From Spirochaetia bacterium (lineage in GTDB: Bacteria; Spirochaetota; Spirochaetia; SZUA-6; Bin103), in NCBI GenBank assembly GCA_965203905.1, contig CBDBDQ010000005.1:4672001-4736000 (forward strand): 64,000 nt of DNA, read 5' to 3'. A model generated the notes under the pieces. It made no database searches and was not told the DNA's origin. It saw only the letters and a list, made by a program, of their open reading frames with translations. Positions 39,976 through 50,244 of the stretch are shown here, one piece after another (within the stretch, counting starts at the first letter, position 1; every line of letters starts with the position of its first letter). The position numbers were made by a program, and so were the translations under genes.

Positions 39976-40029
39976 TGTCGGTGGCCGGATCATGGATCAT
40001 GGGGTACAACGTAGAGTGTGGTCACCGAT

Positions 40030-40144
40030 ACTTGGAGAGTGGCAAGAGCGATGGGCCACTGGATCGCGGACTTGGCTTGAGTGCCGTGGCCCGACCGAGA
40101 TTCTGCTCCTGGTCCTGACCGGGGCCCATGATCGTCTACTATGA
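40030..40144 (+). pseudogene. Possible remnant of a YafQ/RelE-type toxin C-terminus
   Basis: LGEW...W...EILLLVLTGAHDRLL resembles the L.L.RTGSH..LF ending. Short and degenerate. Confidence 0.25.
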
Positions 40145-40178
40145 GACTTGCGGCAGGACATACACGAACTGAGCACTG

Positions 40179-40658
40179 ATGGTCGCCAAACACTACACAG
40201 ACGAAGAACTTACGACACTCAGAGACATGCCAAAGAGGGTAACCAACCCACGGGCGCGCTGGTCCGAGAAACCGCGGTCGAATCCATCGCATCGTCAACG
40301 TACGTTTATCGTGCGCGGAGGCGAGGACGGGAGCCTGCGATTCCAGGTGTACCAACGTCAGAACCTCCACGACAAAAGCGATTTCTCATGCGGCATTTCA
40401 TACCATCCACAAGGGACCCCGCCATTGACACTGGCGCGCTACAACGGGCCGAGCCACCGGCATGGCGAAATCGCCTATCGTCCGCACGTACATCGTACCA
40501 CTGAACGCGCAATCGCAGCAGGTAAGAAGCCGGAATCCGAGGCAGAGGAGACTGACGGGTTCGATGATCTTGACGGCGCATTGGACCGTCTCATTGAGGA
40601 CTTCAATCTGAGCGGGGTCGAAGTGTCTCGCCACGCTCAGCAGGAGATGTTCACATGA
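40179..40658 (+). CDS. Hypothetical protein with RYNG..H.H...PHVH motif (DUF6978-like)
   Basis: Low-GC ORF with LARYNGPSHRH...PHVHRTTE. Translationally coupled (ATGA) to the next gene. Confidence 0.75.
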   Translation: MVAKHYTDEELTTLRDMPKRVTNPRARWSEKPRSNPSHRQRTFIVRGGEDGSLRFQVYQRQNLHDKSDFSCGISYHPQGTPPLTLARYNGPSHRHGEIAYRPHVHRTTERAIAAGKKPESEAEETDGFDDLDGALDRLIEDFNLSGVEVSRHAQQEMFT

Positions 40659-41434
40659 AGTTGGATGTACACTCATTGCAGCGATTACTCTGTGACCGCT
40701 TGTGTGTGGACGTGGGAGTTGAGAAGCGTCCCGACGATACGGTGATGCTGCGCACCCATTTCAGATTTCCCGATGGCGATAGCTACCAGATTCACCTCTC
40801 GGCAACGCCTTCAGGGGCGCTTCGCCTCTCTGACCGTGGTCACACGCTCATGCACATCAGCTATGACCATGACGTTGACTCGTTCGTGGAAGGATCACGA
40901 GGATTGCTCTTGGAACGAATCATGGATGAGAGTGGACTCCAGTGGGACGGAGGAGCATTCTGCTTCGATACGTCGCCTGAGCAACTTCCACAGGCCATGT
41001 TTACGTTCGGGCAAGCGTTAACGAAAATCTATGACCTCACTTTGCTCTCTCGTTCGAGTGTCGCTTCCACGTTCTACGATGACTTGACCGACTTGCTCTT
41101 CAGTGTGGTTGATGAGGCTAGAGTCCAACGTGATTACGAGCCCGCGGTGCCTAATTCGCAAGCCTACCTTGTGGACTACCGAATTGAGAGTAAAGGTGAA
41201 GTGCCTCTTTTCCTATATGGTGTTCCAAATCGTGACAAGGCACGGTTGGCGACCATTATGTTGTCCCACTTTCACCGACATGAGCTTCGATTCGAATCGC
41301 TTCTCGTATTTTCGGACCAAGCTTCCATCCCAAGATCGGATCTCGCTCGCCTCTCGGATGTAGGAGGTGAAATGATTTCCTCGCTGGCGTCGTACGAGTC
41401 TTTCAGTCGAAAGGTCTGGCAGCGCGTCACCTGA
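40655..41434 (+). CDS. DUF1828-like protein with possible C-terminal restriction-endonuclease-like fold
   Basis: T.F.FPDGDSYQIHL....G.LRLSDRGHTLM N-terminus and C-terminal YLVDYRIE...PLFLYGV. RBS AGGAG. Confidence 0.75.
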   Translation: MKLDVHSLQRLLCDRLCVDVGVEKRPDDTVMLRTHFRFPDGDSYQIHLSATPSGALRLSDRGHTLMHISYDHDVDSFVEGSRGLLLERIMDESGLQWDGGAFCFDTSPEQLPQAMFTFGQALTKIYDLTLLSRSSVASTFYDDLTDLLFSVVDEARVQRDYEPAVPNSQAYLVDYRIESKGEVPLFLYGVPNRDKARLATIMLSHFHRHELRFESLLVFSDQASIPRSDLARLSDVGGEMISSLASYESFSRKVWQRVT

Positions 41435-41529
41435 TCGAGAGCGCGTAAGTCGATGTCGTCACCACGCACGCCACCACGCCCCGCGGTCGCGTAGACTTAC
41501 TGCAGCCGCGGGCTGCGGACGTCTCAGGC

Positions 41530-44500
41530 TCAGAGCAGGTGCAGGGAGCCGTCGGTGGCCAGCCACAGGCCGCAGGCGGCCACCTGCATGCCCGTAGCGG
41601 CCGCGGCACGGCGATATTCGTCTACCTGGGGCCGGTAGCGTTCCAGCAGCAGGCCGATGCCGCCCTGCGCCGCGGCCGGCACGGCGTCGGTCTTGTAGTC
41701 GGCCAGCACCCAGCCGCCGGCTTCCTCGAAGGCCAGATCCACGAAGCCTTCCACATAACGGTCCTGTCCCGCGTCGTACCAAGCCAGGGGCAACTCACGC
41801 AGCACGCGGCGTGCGGCACGCACCCGTTCCATGGTGGGGCTGCGGATGATGGTGGCGGCGAAGCGGGCGACCTCGTCGGCCAGTTCCGGGGATCCCTGCT
41901 CGGCGGCGAGTCGGTGCGCCCACGCGGTGGCGTCCGCGGAGTCGCCCAATGCGCAGCGGTACAATACTTCGTGCACCAGGGAGCCGCGGCGCATGCCCGC
42001 CGACGAGCCGACGAATGCCACGCCGGCGGCCCCGTCGGCCGTAGCGAGCGCTCGGTCGGCATCGCCGAAGCGGTCCAGGTCGCTTTCCGGGGCGCTGCGG
42101 TCGTGAGGCTCGGTCTCGCGCGGCTCCTTGTGCGCTTCCGCGGCGAGCAGCGAAGGAGTGGTGTACACCGGTCCCCGCTCCAGTTGCGCGGCGCGGCGCG
42201 ACTTCTGTTCTTGCCAGCGGCCGGCGAGGTCCTCGGGAAAGTCGGTCGCGGGCGGCTGCGTCATCGGCATCGGTTGTGGGAGATCGCTCTCGAGCATCAC
42301 CTGCGCTCCGCCTGGCGCTTCCCTCAGACCGCCGTCGAACACCGACACCCAGGAGGGCAGATCGGGGAGATGCACGAACATGCCGGGGCGCTCTTCCGAG
42401 CGGAAGGCCGACACTACCAGCAGGTCGCGGGCGCGGGTGGCGGCCACGTAGAGGAGGCGCGCCTGCTCGGCATGGGCGTAGGCCGCCTCACGGGCCGCCG
42501 CCGCGGCGAAGCCGGGGGTGCTGAAGCGGTTGTCGCGTTTTCCCACGGAGAATTCGATCATGCCGCGGGCACGATCCACCACCGAGCGCGCGGCGCCCTG
42601 GTTCACGCCGGCGCTGAGCTTGGCCAGGATCACCACGGGGAACTCCAGCCCCTTGGCGCCGTGTACGGTCATCACCCGCACCAGGTCATCGTCGGTCTCC
42701 GCCAGGTGCAGGTCGCGTTCGCCGCCACTCTCTCCCTGGCGGGAAGTCAGCCAGCGCACGAACGGGCGCAGCGCGTCGGACTCGTTGACCGCGAACTCGG
42801 CGGCACGGTCCACGATCGCACGCAGGTTGGCGGCGCGCTGGCGCTCGCGGCTGGTTATCAGCAGCGGTTCCGCCAGGAAGTTGGCGCGGATCGCGCGGTC
42901 GACCAGGAACGGCAGCGTCAGCTCACTCTTGGCGCGGTACAGGCCGGCCAGTACTTCCAGGGCCGTGCCTACCGGAGTGTCGGGGAACTGCGAGGCCAGC
43001 AGGCTGAAGCGGCCGTGCGCGAGGCGGTGCTGCAGCAGGTCGACGTCGGAACAGCAGAATGCCGCCGACTTCAACGCCGCCACCAGCGAGACCTGGTCGC
43101 TCGGGTCGTCGACCGCGCGCAGAATCGCGGCCAGATCGTTGATCTCCTGGTGCTGAAAGAAGTCTCTGCCGCCGTCGACGATATAGGGCACGCCGTGCCG
43201 CGCCAGCTCGCCGGTGTACGCGTCCACGTCGGTGCGGGTTTCCACCAGGATGCAGATGTCACGCAGGGCGATGCGCCGCGTGCCGGCGGCGCCGTTTTCG
43301 GTGGCGTCGATCTGCCAGCGCGGACTGCCGACCAGGTCGGCGATCAGCCGCGCTAGCGCGGTCGCCTCCACCCGGCGCAGTTCCTTGAGCCTGGTCTCGT
43401 GCAGGTCCGTCGTGGGGTACAGCAGCGCCACTCGCGGCGCGCCGGCGGGGTCACGAAAGGCGTGGATGGGCCGGTACTCCGGTTGCGCACCGGGGAACTG
43501 CGGGTTGGGCGTGAGCACGGCCGCGAAGGTGGCGTTCACCCACTCGGTGATCTGGGGCACCGAGCGGAAGTTCTGGGACACCGTGGCGATCCGCGCGCAC
43601 CCCGCGGGCTGGCGGCGGAACACCTCCTTGGCGCGCAGGTAGGTGTCGATGTCCGCGCGCCGGAAGCGGTAGATCGACTGTTTCGGGTCGCCCACGATGA
43701 ACAGCTTTCCCGGCCGCAAGGTCACCTCCTGCCAGGAGTTCGGCCCGCCCCCGGCGGCAGCCGGCGGATCGTCGGCGGCGAGCAGGAACACCATCTCGGC
43801 CTGCAGCGGGTCGGTGTCCTGGAACTCGTCCACCAGCAGGAAGCGGAACCGGTCGCGCAGCGCCGCCCGCACCCCCGAGTTTGCGGCCACCAGCGTCCGT
43901 GCCTCGATCAGCAGGTCGTCGAAGTTGAGCTTGCCGGCGCGGCGCCGGTCAGCGGCGGCGTTCTTCACGAACGCGGCGAGGGCGACGCTGAGCCGGTGCA
44001 GCGCGTCATCGTTGAGGCCGGAGCGATACCTGGCGAGCTGCTCGCGCGCATCCCGCTGCAGCTCGCGCATCTGCTCCAGTGCCTCCTCCGAGCGCCAGTT
44101 CCGGCGGTTGCCCGGCTGTGGTCGGAAGCCAACGCCGTGCAGCGCCGCCTCAACCAGCACCATCCGTCGCGGGCTGGGTGCAGTGCCGGCAAGCTGCTCC
44201 ACGACGACGAGTTGGCGCCGCAGCTCGCGGTAGCTGCGCAGGCAGCGATCGGCGTCGCTGTTGCAGGAGGCGGCAAGTTCGTCGCCGGCCGCGCGCAGGT
44301 CGCGCATTCGCTGCACGACGTGCTCGGCCGCGGGCCGGCGCGGTGCGCTGCCGCCGACCCGCAGCTCGCGGTGGCGGTCCAGGATGCCGGCCACCTGGTG
44401 CACGGTGTCGAGCCCCATGCCGAGGCGCACGCAGCTCTCCACGGCGGTGAGGTGCCGGCCGGCCAGGTTCCAGATCCAGTCGTCCCACTGTTCCTGGAAG

Positions 44501-44979
44501 TCGACCCTGCCGGCGACCTCGTCGAGCTGCTGGAATCCGGGATTGATGCCCGCCTCCAGGGGGAACTCGCGCAGCAGGCTGGAGGCAAAGGCATGGATGG
44601 TCTCAATGTGGGCGCTCACCAGGGCGTGCAGTGCCGCCCTATAGCGGGAGCGCTCCGGTTCCACGGCGTCCTCGAACTGCTCGTGGAGGCGATCCCGGAT
44701 CCGGGCGCGCAGTTCCCCCGCCGCCTTCTCGGTGAACGTGATCACCACGATCTGCGCAATTTCGGCGACCCCGCGCCGTACGATCTCCAGCACCCGGTCG
44801 ACCAGGATTCGTGTCTTGCCGGTGCCGGCCCCTGCTTCCAGAAAGAAACAGGTGTCGAGATCGCTGGTGGAGGCGTCGCGAATCTCCCGGTCGACCGGTA
44901 CCGGACGCCCGTTGTGCGACGCCTTCCGCGGAGCGGTTGGCGTCGCGGCCGGCGGTCCGCGGAACGTCGGTGTCCTCAT
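41530..44979 (-). CDS. addA: UvrD-type helicase/nuclease, AddA/RecB-like subunit
   Basis: AGAGTGKT, TFTEKAA.EL, VDEFQDT, VGDPKQSIYRFR, TVHGAKGLEF, YVAATRA, and C-terminal nuclease GFVDL...DYKT...Q...Y. Confidence 0.93.
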   Translation of the reverse strand: MRTPTFRGPPAATPTAPRKASHNGRPVPVDREIRDASTSDLDTCFFLEAGAGTGKTRILVDRVLEIVRRGVAEIAQIVVITFTEKAAGELRARIRDRLHEQFEDAVEPERSRYRAALHALVSAHIETIHAFASSLLREFPLEAGINPGFQQLDEVAGRVDFQEQWDDWIWNLAGRHLTAVESCVRLGMGLDTVHQVAGILDRHRELRVGGSAPRRPAAEHVVQRMRDLRAAGDELAASCNSDADRCLRSYRELRRQLVVVEQLAGTAPSPRRMVLVEAALHGVGFRPQPGNRRNWRSEEALEQMRELQRDAREQLARYRSGLNDDALHRLSVALAAFVKNAAADRRRAGKLNFDDLLIEARTLVAANSGVRAALRDRFRFLLVDEFQDTDPLQAEMVFLLAADDPPAAAGGGPNSWQEVTLRPGKLFIVGDPKQSIYRFRRADIDTYLRAKEVFRRQPAGCARIATVSQNFRSVPQITEWVNATFAAVLTPNPQFPGAQPEYRPIHAFRDPAGAPRVALLYPTTDLHETRLKELRRVEATALARLIADLVGSPRWQIDATENGAAGTRRIALRDICILVETRTDVDAYTGELARHGVPYIVDGGRDFFQHQEINDLAAILRAVDDPSDQVSLVAALKSAAFCCSDVDLLQHRLAHGRFSLLASQFPDTPVGTALEVLAGLYRAKSELTLPFLVDRAIRANFLAEPLLITSRERQRAANLRAIVDRAAEFAVNESDALRPFVRWLTSRQGESGGERDLHLAETDDDLVRVMTVHGAKGLEFPVVILAKLSAGVNQGAARSVVDRARGMIEFSVGKRDNRFSTPGFAAAAAREAAYAHAEQARLLYVAATRARDLLVVSAFRSEERPGMFVHLPDLPSWVSVFDGGLREAPGGAQVMLESDLPQPMPMTQPPATDFPEDLAGRWQEQKSRRAAQLERGPVYTTPSLLAAEAHKEPRETEPHDRSAPESDLDRFGDADRALATADGAAGVAFVGSSAGMRRGSLVHEVLYRCALGDSADATAWAHRLAAEQGSPELADEVARFAATIIRSPTMERVRAARRVLRELPLAWYDAGQDRYVEGFVDLAFEEAGGWVLADYKTDAVPAAAQGGIGLLLERYRPQVDEYRRAAAATGMQVAACGLWLATDGSLHLL

Positions 44980-47900
44980 GAGCGGCGCCCCGGTCGAGTC
45001 ACTTGGTCGGACTGCGAGGCGCCGATGCGGTGGAACGGCGTCATGATCGTCTCGCTGCCGGCCGCCTTGCGCTTGGCGTAGTCGGCGACGCGGGTGTGGC
45101 AGACATCGCGGTAGTCGCACCACCGGCAGTGAGCGCGGTTCTCGCCCGGCTGGTAGAAGAAGGCGCCGGAGGCGATCGCCTCCGCCATGGCACCCAGCAC
45201 CTCGCCGAACCGCGGGTCAGCCGCAAGCTGGAGACCGGTCAGTCCGAGACGCGCGTAGGCGGCACGCTCGCTCACGTAGTGCAGCTCGGCGCTGCACGCG
45301 GCCAGGTCGGACGCTTGCCCGTGCGCGGCGGCGTACAGGTAGACCGGCAACTGCAGGGAGCGCCCCTCGCGGTAGCCCTCCGCGGCTTCGTGTGCGGCGG
45401 CGCCGGTCTTGTAGTCGACGATGCGCAGGCGACTGCCGAATCGGTCGATACGGTCGATGCGTCCGGAGAAGCTGAGCTGCCGGCTGCCGGCCGCGATCGG
45501 CACCCCTTCGAACTCGTGCTCGGCGGCCTCCGGTGTCCAGCCGGCTTCGGCTCCCGCGTCGGCTCGCCGCTCGGCGGCCCGGCGCTGCTCCTCGCTCAGG
45601 TAGCCGGTCAGCTCCGCCGCCACCTGGTCGCGGATGAGATCCCAGGAGAGCGGCAGCCCGGTGACGCCCGCCGGCAACTCGGCAAAGCGGCGCTCCATGA
45701 TTGCGCGCAGCGCGGTGTCCGCCCCGCGCAGAAACTCCGCCCACGATCCCGCGTCCTCCAGGAATCGCTGCACCAGTTCGTCGAGGATCGCGTGGACCAG
45801 GTTGCCGCGCTGCAGCGGGGCGATCTGCAGGGTCTGTTCCGGCTCGCCGCGGGCGCGGATCCCCAGCACGCGAGAAAGAAAGAAGCGGTACGGGCACACC
45901 GCGAAGTCCTCCAGGGCGGTGGCGGTCAAGTCGCGTTCCAGGGTGCCACGCGCAGCAACGAGGTGGGCCGGCACGATGCCGTCGAAAGGGCCGAAGGCGC
46001 GGCCACGGCGCGCGGCCTGGTGGGCCCGTACCGCGTCGATGGTGCGCCACAGCGGCTCCACCGCGCGTACCGCCGGCTGCCCTCCGCCCTGTTCCAGTAC
46101 GTGCCAGCGCAGGTCCGACTCATCGAGGGCGCGCAGCGCGTCCGCGGCGCCGGCACCGTGGTAGCCGATGCGCGCCGGCATGCGCTGGTACCAGTCCCCG
46201 GCGTTGCGTTCCAGGGCCTCGGCGGAGAGGAAGCCGCCGGCCAGGTCTCCCACTTCCTCGAGCAGAAAGCTCGAGGGGAGACGCACGTTGGTGGAACTGG
46301 TGCCGCGCCGCGGATAGGAGAGGGTGAGTTGCTCGCCGGCGGCCTGACAGGCCAATTCGAACAGCAGCCGCTCCTCCTCCAGGCGCTGCCCCTTGAGCGG
46401 CAGATAGCTGTCGCTCCCCGCGCCGCGGTTGATCCGCTCCCGCTCGGCGTCCAGCAGCAACGGATCCTGGCGGATCACGGGAGGGAAAACGCGTTCGGCG
46501 CAGCCGGTCACGTAGACACGCCGGAACCGCAGCATGCGCGCGCTCATCACGTTGCCGACGAACACTCCGCTGCGCTGGAAATAGCCGCCGGTGACGATGG
46601 CCTGGCGAATGGCTGTCTCCGCGGCCTGGCGAAACCGCTCCGGCGTGGCGGCAACGCCTCCGCCCCGGGTGGCTGCCCGGTCCAGCACCGCCAGCTTGCG
46701 AATGCGGTCGGCGATGGCGGCCATCGCCCGGCTGGCGACCGCCGCCGGCAGGAACTGCGTGAGCAGCTCCAGGAACGATCCGGCGTGCTCTTGCCACATC
46801 GCCGTTGCGAGTGACCGCTCGGCAGCGGTCGCCAGGGTCCGCACCACGGCGTGCAACTCGCCAGCCGCCGCGATCGACTCCGCGGCGCGCTCGTCGTCGC
46901 CGCGAGCCGCGTGTTCCCGGTGGAAGGCGAGTACGGAGTCGAACTCTTCCCAGCCCTTGACCAGACCCAGTTCCTTGCTCAAGGCCTCCCAACGCGCCGG
47001 GCGCGGCGTCAGCCGTGCGTCGGATGTAGTCTCGATCCAGCCAAGGTCGATTCCGGGGAGCGAAAGCAGTTCCAGCAGCGCGCCGCGGCGGGGTTCGGAA
47101 TAGAGCAGTTGCAGCAGGTTGAGGGCGGCACGCCCGACCGTCGAGCGCCGTACCGGCTGGCCGGCGGAGCGGTAGTGGGGTACCGCGGCGCGATCGAGCA
47201 CGCCGCAGATCAGTTCGTCGTAGACCGGGTCCATGCGGTGCAATACCGCGATCTCCCCCGCCGGCACGCCGGCCGCCAGATCCTCCAGCACCCGCCGCAC
47301 CGTCTCCTCTATCTCCGCCTGGCGGTCGGCGCACGAGAACACCGCCCGGATGGCCCGCGGCCCGCGCGGCGTCGGGCCGTCGTCCAGCGGCTGGAGTCGG
47401 AAACCGCGCCGGCGCAGCCGGTCGACCGTCTGTTGCACGAATGCGAACGGCTCGGCCGCCGCACTCCAGGGCAGGAACAGCCGCGCCGGCAACACCCCTG
47501 CCAGCCCTTCCAGCATGCGCAGTTGCAGGGCGTTGACGTCGTATATCCCAAAGATCAATACCTGCGCCGTGTCCGGTGCCATTCGCTGCACGGCCGCGGC
47601 AACCTGGGCGGGGGTGGCCGAGGCGGCCTGTTCGGTGCGCCGGGTGGTGTCGGAGAACGGCGCGAGCGCCTCCCGGTAGGCAGCGGCCATCGCCGCCAGG
47701 GCCCGCAGCCACGGCCGCGGTGAGGCGGTGCGTACCAGCGGCCCGTCGATGCCACCCTCGCGCAGGTCGCGCAGGGTGGCGGCCACGGCGTGCACCATGC
47801 CGGTGTCGGCGAGCCCGGTGGTGCCGTGGGCCGGCGTGCGCTGCTCGGCGATCACCTGTTCCAGCAACGGAATGTGGGCGCCGTCAGGCAGCGGCAGCGG

Positions 47901-48176
47901 CAGGGGAGGGCGATCGCCGGTCGTGCCGGCGTTACCGTCCGGGAGCGAAAGCTCTCCGGCCAGGTCCATCAGCGTGACGAAGCGGACGTTGGCCACTGCC
48001 GTCAGATTGCGTGCCAGCAGGCGCCGCAGGTAGATGTGCTGGAGGTGTGAGCCCACCACTACCAGCACCGGAGCCAGCGGATCCTCCGCTTTGACGGCAC
48101 GGACGGTGGCCACGAATTCGCGCTGCAGTGCGCCGAGGTCGGCGCTGGTGGTCAGAATCGCGCCGGCCACACCCAT
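44976..48176 (-). CDS. addB: AddB-like inactive-helicase / PD-(D/E)XK nuclease subunit
   Basis: CPYRFF, GRIDRID...IVDYKTG, QLPVY, and CRWCDYRDVC Fe-S staple. Coupled to addA (ATGA). Confidence 0.88.
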   Translation of the reverse strand: MGVAGAILTTSADLGALQREFVATVRAVKAEDPLAPVLVVVGSHLQHIYLRRLLARNLTAVANVRFVTLMDLAGELSLPDGNAGTTGDRPPLPLPLPDGAHIPLLEQVIAEQRTPAHGTTGLADTGMVHAVAATLRDLREGGIDGPLVRTASPRPWLRALAAMAAAYREALAPFSDTTRRTEQAASATPAQVAAAVQRMAPDTAQVLIFGIYDVNALQLRMLEGLAGVLPARLFLPWSAAAEPFAFVQQTVDRLRRRGFRLQPLDDGPTPRGPRAIRAVFSCADRQAEIEETVRRVLEDLAAGVPAGEIAVLHRMDPVYDELICGVLDRAAVPHYRSAGQPVRRSTVGRAALNLLQLLYSEPRRGALLELLSLPGIDLGWIETTSDARLTPRPARWEALSKELGLVKGWEEFDSVLAFHREHAARGDDERAAESIAAAGELHAVVRTLATAAERSLATAMWQEHAGSFLELLTQFLPAAVASRAMAAIADRIRKLAVLDRAATRGGGVAATPERFRQAAETAIRQAIVTGGYFQRSGVFVGNVMSARMLRFRRVYVTGCAERVFPPVIRQDPLLLDAERERINRGAGSDSYLPLKGQRLEEERLLFELACQAAGEQLTLSYPRRGTSSTNVRLPSSFLLEEVGDLAGGFLSAEALERNAGDWYQRMPARIGYHGAGAADALRALDESDLRWHVLEQGGGQPAVRAVEPLWRTIDAVRAHQAARRGRAFGPFDGIVPAHLVAARGTLERDLTATALEDFAVCPYRFFLSRVLGIRARGEPEQTLQIAPLQRGNLVHAILDELVQRFLEDAGSWAEFLRGADTALRAIMERRFAELPAGVTGLPLSWDLIRDQVAAELTGYLSEEQRRAAERRADAGAEAGWTPEAAEHEFEGVPIAAGSRQLSFSGRIDRIDRFGSRLRIVDYKTGAAAHEAAEGYREGRSLQLPVYLYAAAHGQASDLAACSAELHYVSERAAYARLGLTGLQLAADPRFGEVLGAMAEAIASGAFFYQPGENRAHCRWCDYRDVCHTRVADYAKRKAAGSETIMTPFHRIGASQSDQVTRPGRRS

Positions 48177-48217
48177 GTTTGCCACCGGTGCGCTAAGCGT
48201 GGAGCAACGCAGCCGGC

Positions 48218-48240
48218 CGGAGTTTCGCCACGGGCTGCTA
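48218..48240 (-). repeat. IS-terminus-like 23-bp motif fused to a TAG stop (copy 1)
   Basis: Minus strand TAGCAGCCCGTGGCGAAACTCCG is identical to 54953-54975. GCTAAGCG direct repeats lie at 48192-48199 and 48237-48244. Confidence 0.7.
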
Positions 48241-49449
48241 AGCGGCGCCTTGCTGCAGCGGGCGACCGACCTGGCGTACCGGCTCGAAGGCCCCCGAGGC
48301 TGCCGAGGCGCGCGCCGCCAGGCAGGCGTAGGCGGACTGGATGCCCGTTTCGATGGGCGTGCGCGAAGCGGCCCCGCTGCGAACCACCGCGAAGAAATTG
48401 CGCGCCAGCTCCAGGTCGCCGCCGTGGTGGGAGGCGCCGCCGGAGACGCGCTCGACGGCGCTGAACGGCGCATGGTGGCGGATCCGCTGCAGCTCGCCGG
48501 CATACCAGTCGAAGCGCACCGTGCCGCGGTAGCCGCTCACCGTGGCGCCGCGCCAGGCCGCATCGCGGCGCGCGTAGAACACCTGGGTGTAGACGCCGTG
48601 GCTGCCGTCGGCGAACTCCAGCAGGGCGCTGGAACAGTCTTCGTTGCTGCGCGGGCCGCTCCCCGAGTCGACGCTGAACACGCACGCATGGTCGCCAAGG
48701 TCGCCGCCGCTGCCGTTGCGGCGCCGGTTCTGCGGGCTCTCCGGACAGGTCGCGGTCTCGTCGCAGCCGGAGCACCACAGGCCGGCGGGCTTGGTGCCGC
48801 CGAACACCCGGCCGCGGGTAGCCATGGCGGCGACCCGGATGATCGGTTGTCCGAGCAGGTACATCAGGTAGTCGAGGTCGTGGGTGCCCTTCTGCAGGAA
48901 CAGACCGCCGGTGATGTCGTAGTCGCGGTAGGGTTGTTCCCAGTAGACGGTACCGTACGGCACGTAGTTGACCGCGCTCACGTGCACCGCCTCGCCCACC
49001 GCGCCGTCCGCGACGTAGCCGCGCGCCAGCTCGCACAGCGGCGACACGCGCAGCGGGAAGCTCACCACCACCGGTGCCGCGGCGTTCTCGAAGGCACGCT
49101 CCAGGGCCACCGCCTGCTCCATGGAGATGGCCACCGGCTTCTCCAGAAACAGCGGCAGGCCGGCCTGCGCCAGCTCCATGGCGTACGGCGTATGCAGGTT
49201 GCAGCGGGTGCCGACCGCGATTGCGTCGGGCCGCGCCTCGCGCAGCAGCCCTGCAACGTCGTCGTGGAAGCGCACTTCTTCCGCGGTCTGCGCCCCGAGG
49301 TCGCCGATGCGGGCACGTGCGCCCCGCTCGTTCGGATCCACCACCCCCACCAGGCGCAGGTCCGGCTCCACCTCGCGAAACGAACCCTTGACCAAGCCGT
49401 GGATGCGGCGTCCGTATCCGATCACGCCGAGCCGCAGTGCCGTTGCCAT
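48238..49449 (-). CDS. Gfo/Idh/MocA family oxidoreductase
   Basis: LGVIGYG, H...A......LFLEKPVA, GGLFLQKGTHDLD. Confidence 0.92.
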   Translation of the reverse strand: MATALRLGVIGYGRRIHGLVKGSFREVEPDLRLVGVVDPNERGARARIGDLGAQTAEEVRFHDDVAGLLREARPDAIAVGTRCNLHTPYAMELAQAGLPLFLEKPVAISMEQAVALERAFENAAAPVVVSFPLRVSPLCELARGYVADGAVGEAVHVSAVNYVPYGTVYWEQPYRDYDITGGLFLQKGTHDLDYLMYLLGQPIIRVAAMATRGRVFGGTKPAGLWCSGCDETATCPESPQNRRRNGSGGDLGDHACVFSVDSGSGPRSNEDCSSALLEFADGSHGVYTQVFYARRDAAWRGATVSGYRGTVRFDWYAGELQRIRHHAPFSAVERVSGGASHHGGDLELARNFFAVVRSGAASRTPIETGIQSAYACLAARASAASGAFEPVRQVGRPLQQGAA

Positions 49450-49633
49450 CGTCTCAACCTCCCCGTTGCTGATAGTGACGCTACGATCGCCGCCGCCGAG
49501 TCTCGTTCTTGCGCCGCAATGATACTCGGCACGGCGGAGCCTCGCCACCCGGCCGGTATGCGTGCGCATCGCACGACGCTCGATTTGCCACTGGCCGGCG
49601 GATGACCCACAATCGATCAGCCGATGTGCCCAC

Positions 49634-50005
49634 CTACAGGATGCGGCAGTCGTAGTCCGCGATCAGGGAGTCGTCGGTCACCAGCATGAGATCGTTGATC
49701 TGGCTCTGCACGATCAACATGCGGTCGAACGGATCTCGATGGTGGAGCGGCAGTTCAGCCAACTGGTGCGCCTCCCGCGGGCTGAAGTCGAGCCACTCGA
49801 AGCCTGCCTCCTCGACGGCGGGAAGCAGGTCCACGTCGACGCTCAGCTTGCCGATCGAAACCTTTATGGCGATCTCCGCAATCGAAACTGCGCTGACGAA
49901 AACAGCGTTCGCGGGGTTCTCGATCGACTCGCGGCGCTTGCGGGAGAGCCGCTCCGGCTCGGTGAGCGCATGGAGCAGAATGTGCGTATCGAGGAGCAGG
50001 TTCAC
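49634..50005 (-). CDS. vapC: VapC PIN-domain toxin
   Basis: LLLDTHILL, SAVSIAEIAIK, HRDPFDRMLIVQ, LVTDD. Confidence 0.93.
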   Translation of the reverse strand: MNLLLDTHILLHALTEPERLSRKRRESIENPANAVFVSAVSIAEIAIKVSIGKLSVDVDLLPAVEEAGFEWLDFSPREAHQLAELPLHHRDPFDRMLIVQSQINDLMLVTDDSLIADYDCRIL

Positions 50006-50244
50006 TCGCTGCAGTCGTCGGTCGGAAAGAACAGGTCGTTGATCGCGGGATCCTGGTCGGTGAAGTCGTCAGGAACGACTATCCGACCGCGCAGCAGCCC
50101 GAGCCGGCGTTTGCCGCGTGGCTGGTGTTTGACGAGATCCGCAATCGGGAGGTTGTTCTTGGCGATGGTCACGGTCTCGCCGTGATACACCCTGTCGAGC
50201 AAGCTCGAAAGCTGTGCCTTGGCTTCGGACACGTTGACGATCAT
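50002..50244 (-). CDS. Phd/YefM antitoxin (copy A)
   Basis: VNVSEAKAQLSSLLDRV..GETVTIAK...PIADL, RRLGLLRG.I.VPDDF. Confidence 0.92.
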   Translation of the reverse strand: MIVNVSEAKAQLSSLLDRVYHGETVTIAKNNLPIADLVKHQPRGKRRLGLLRGRIVVPDDFTDQDPAINDLFFPTDDCSE

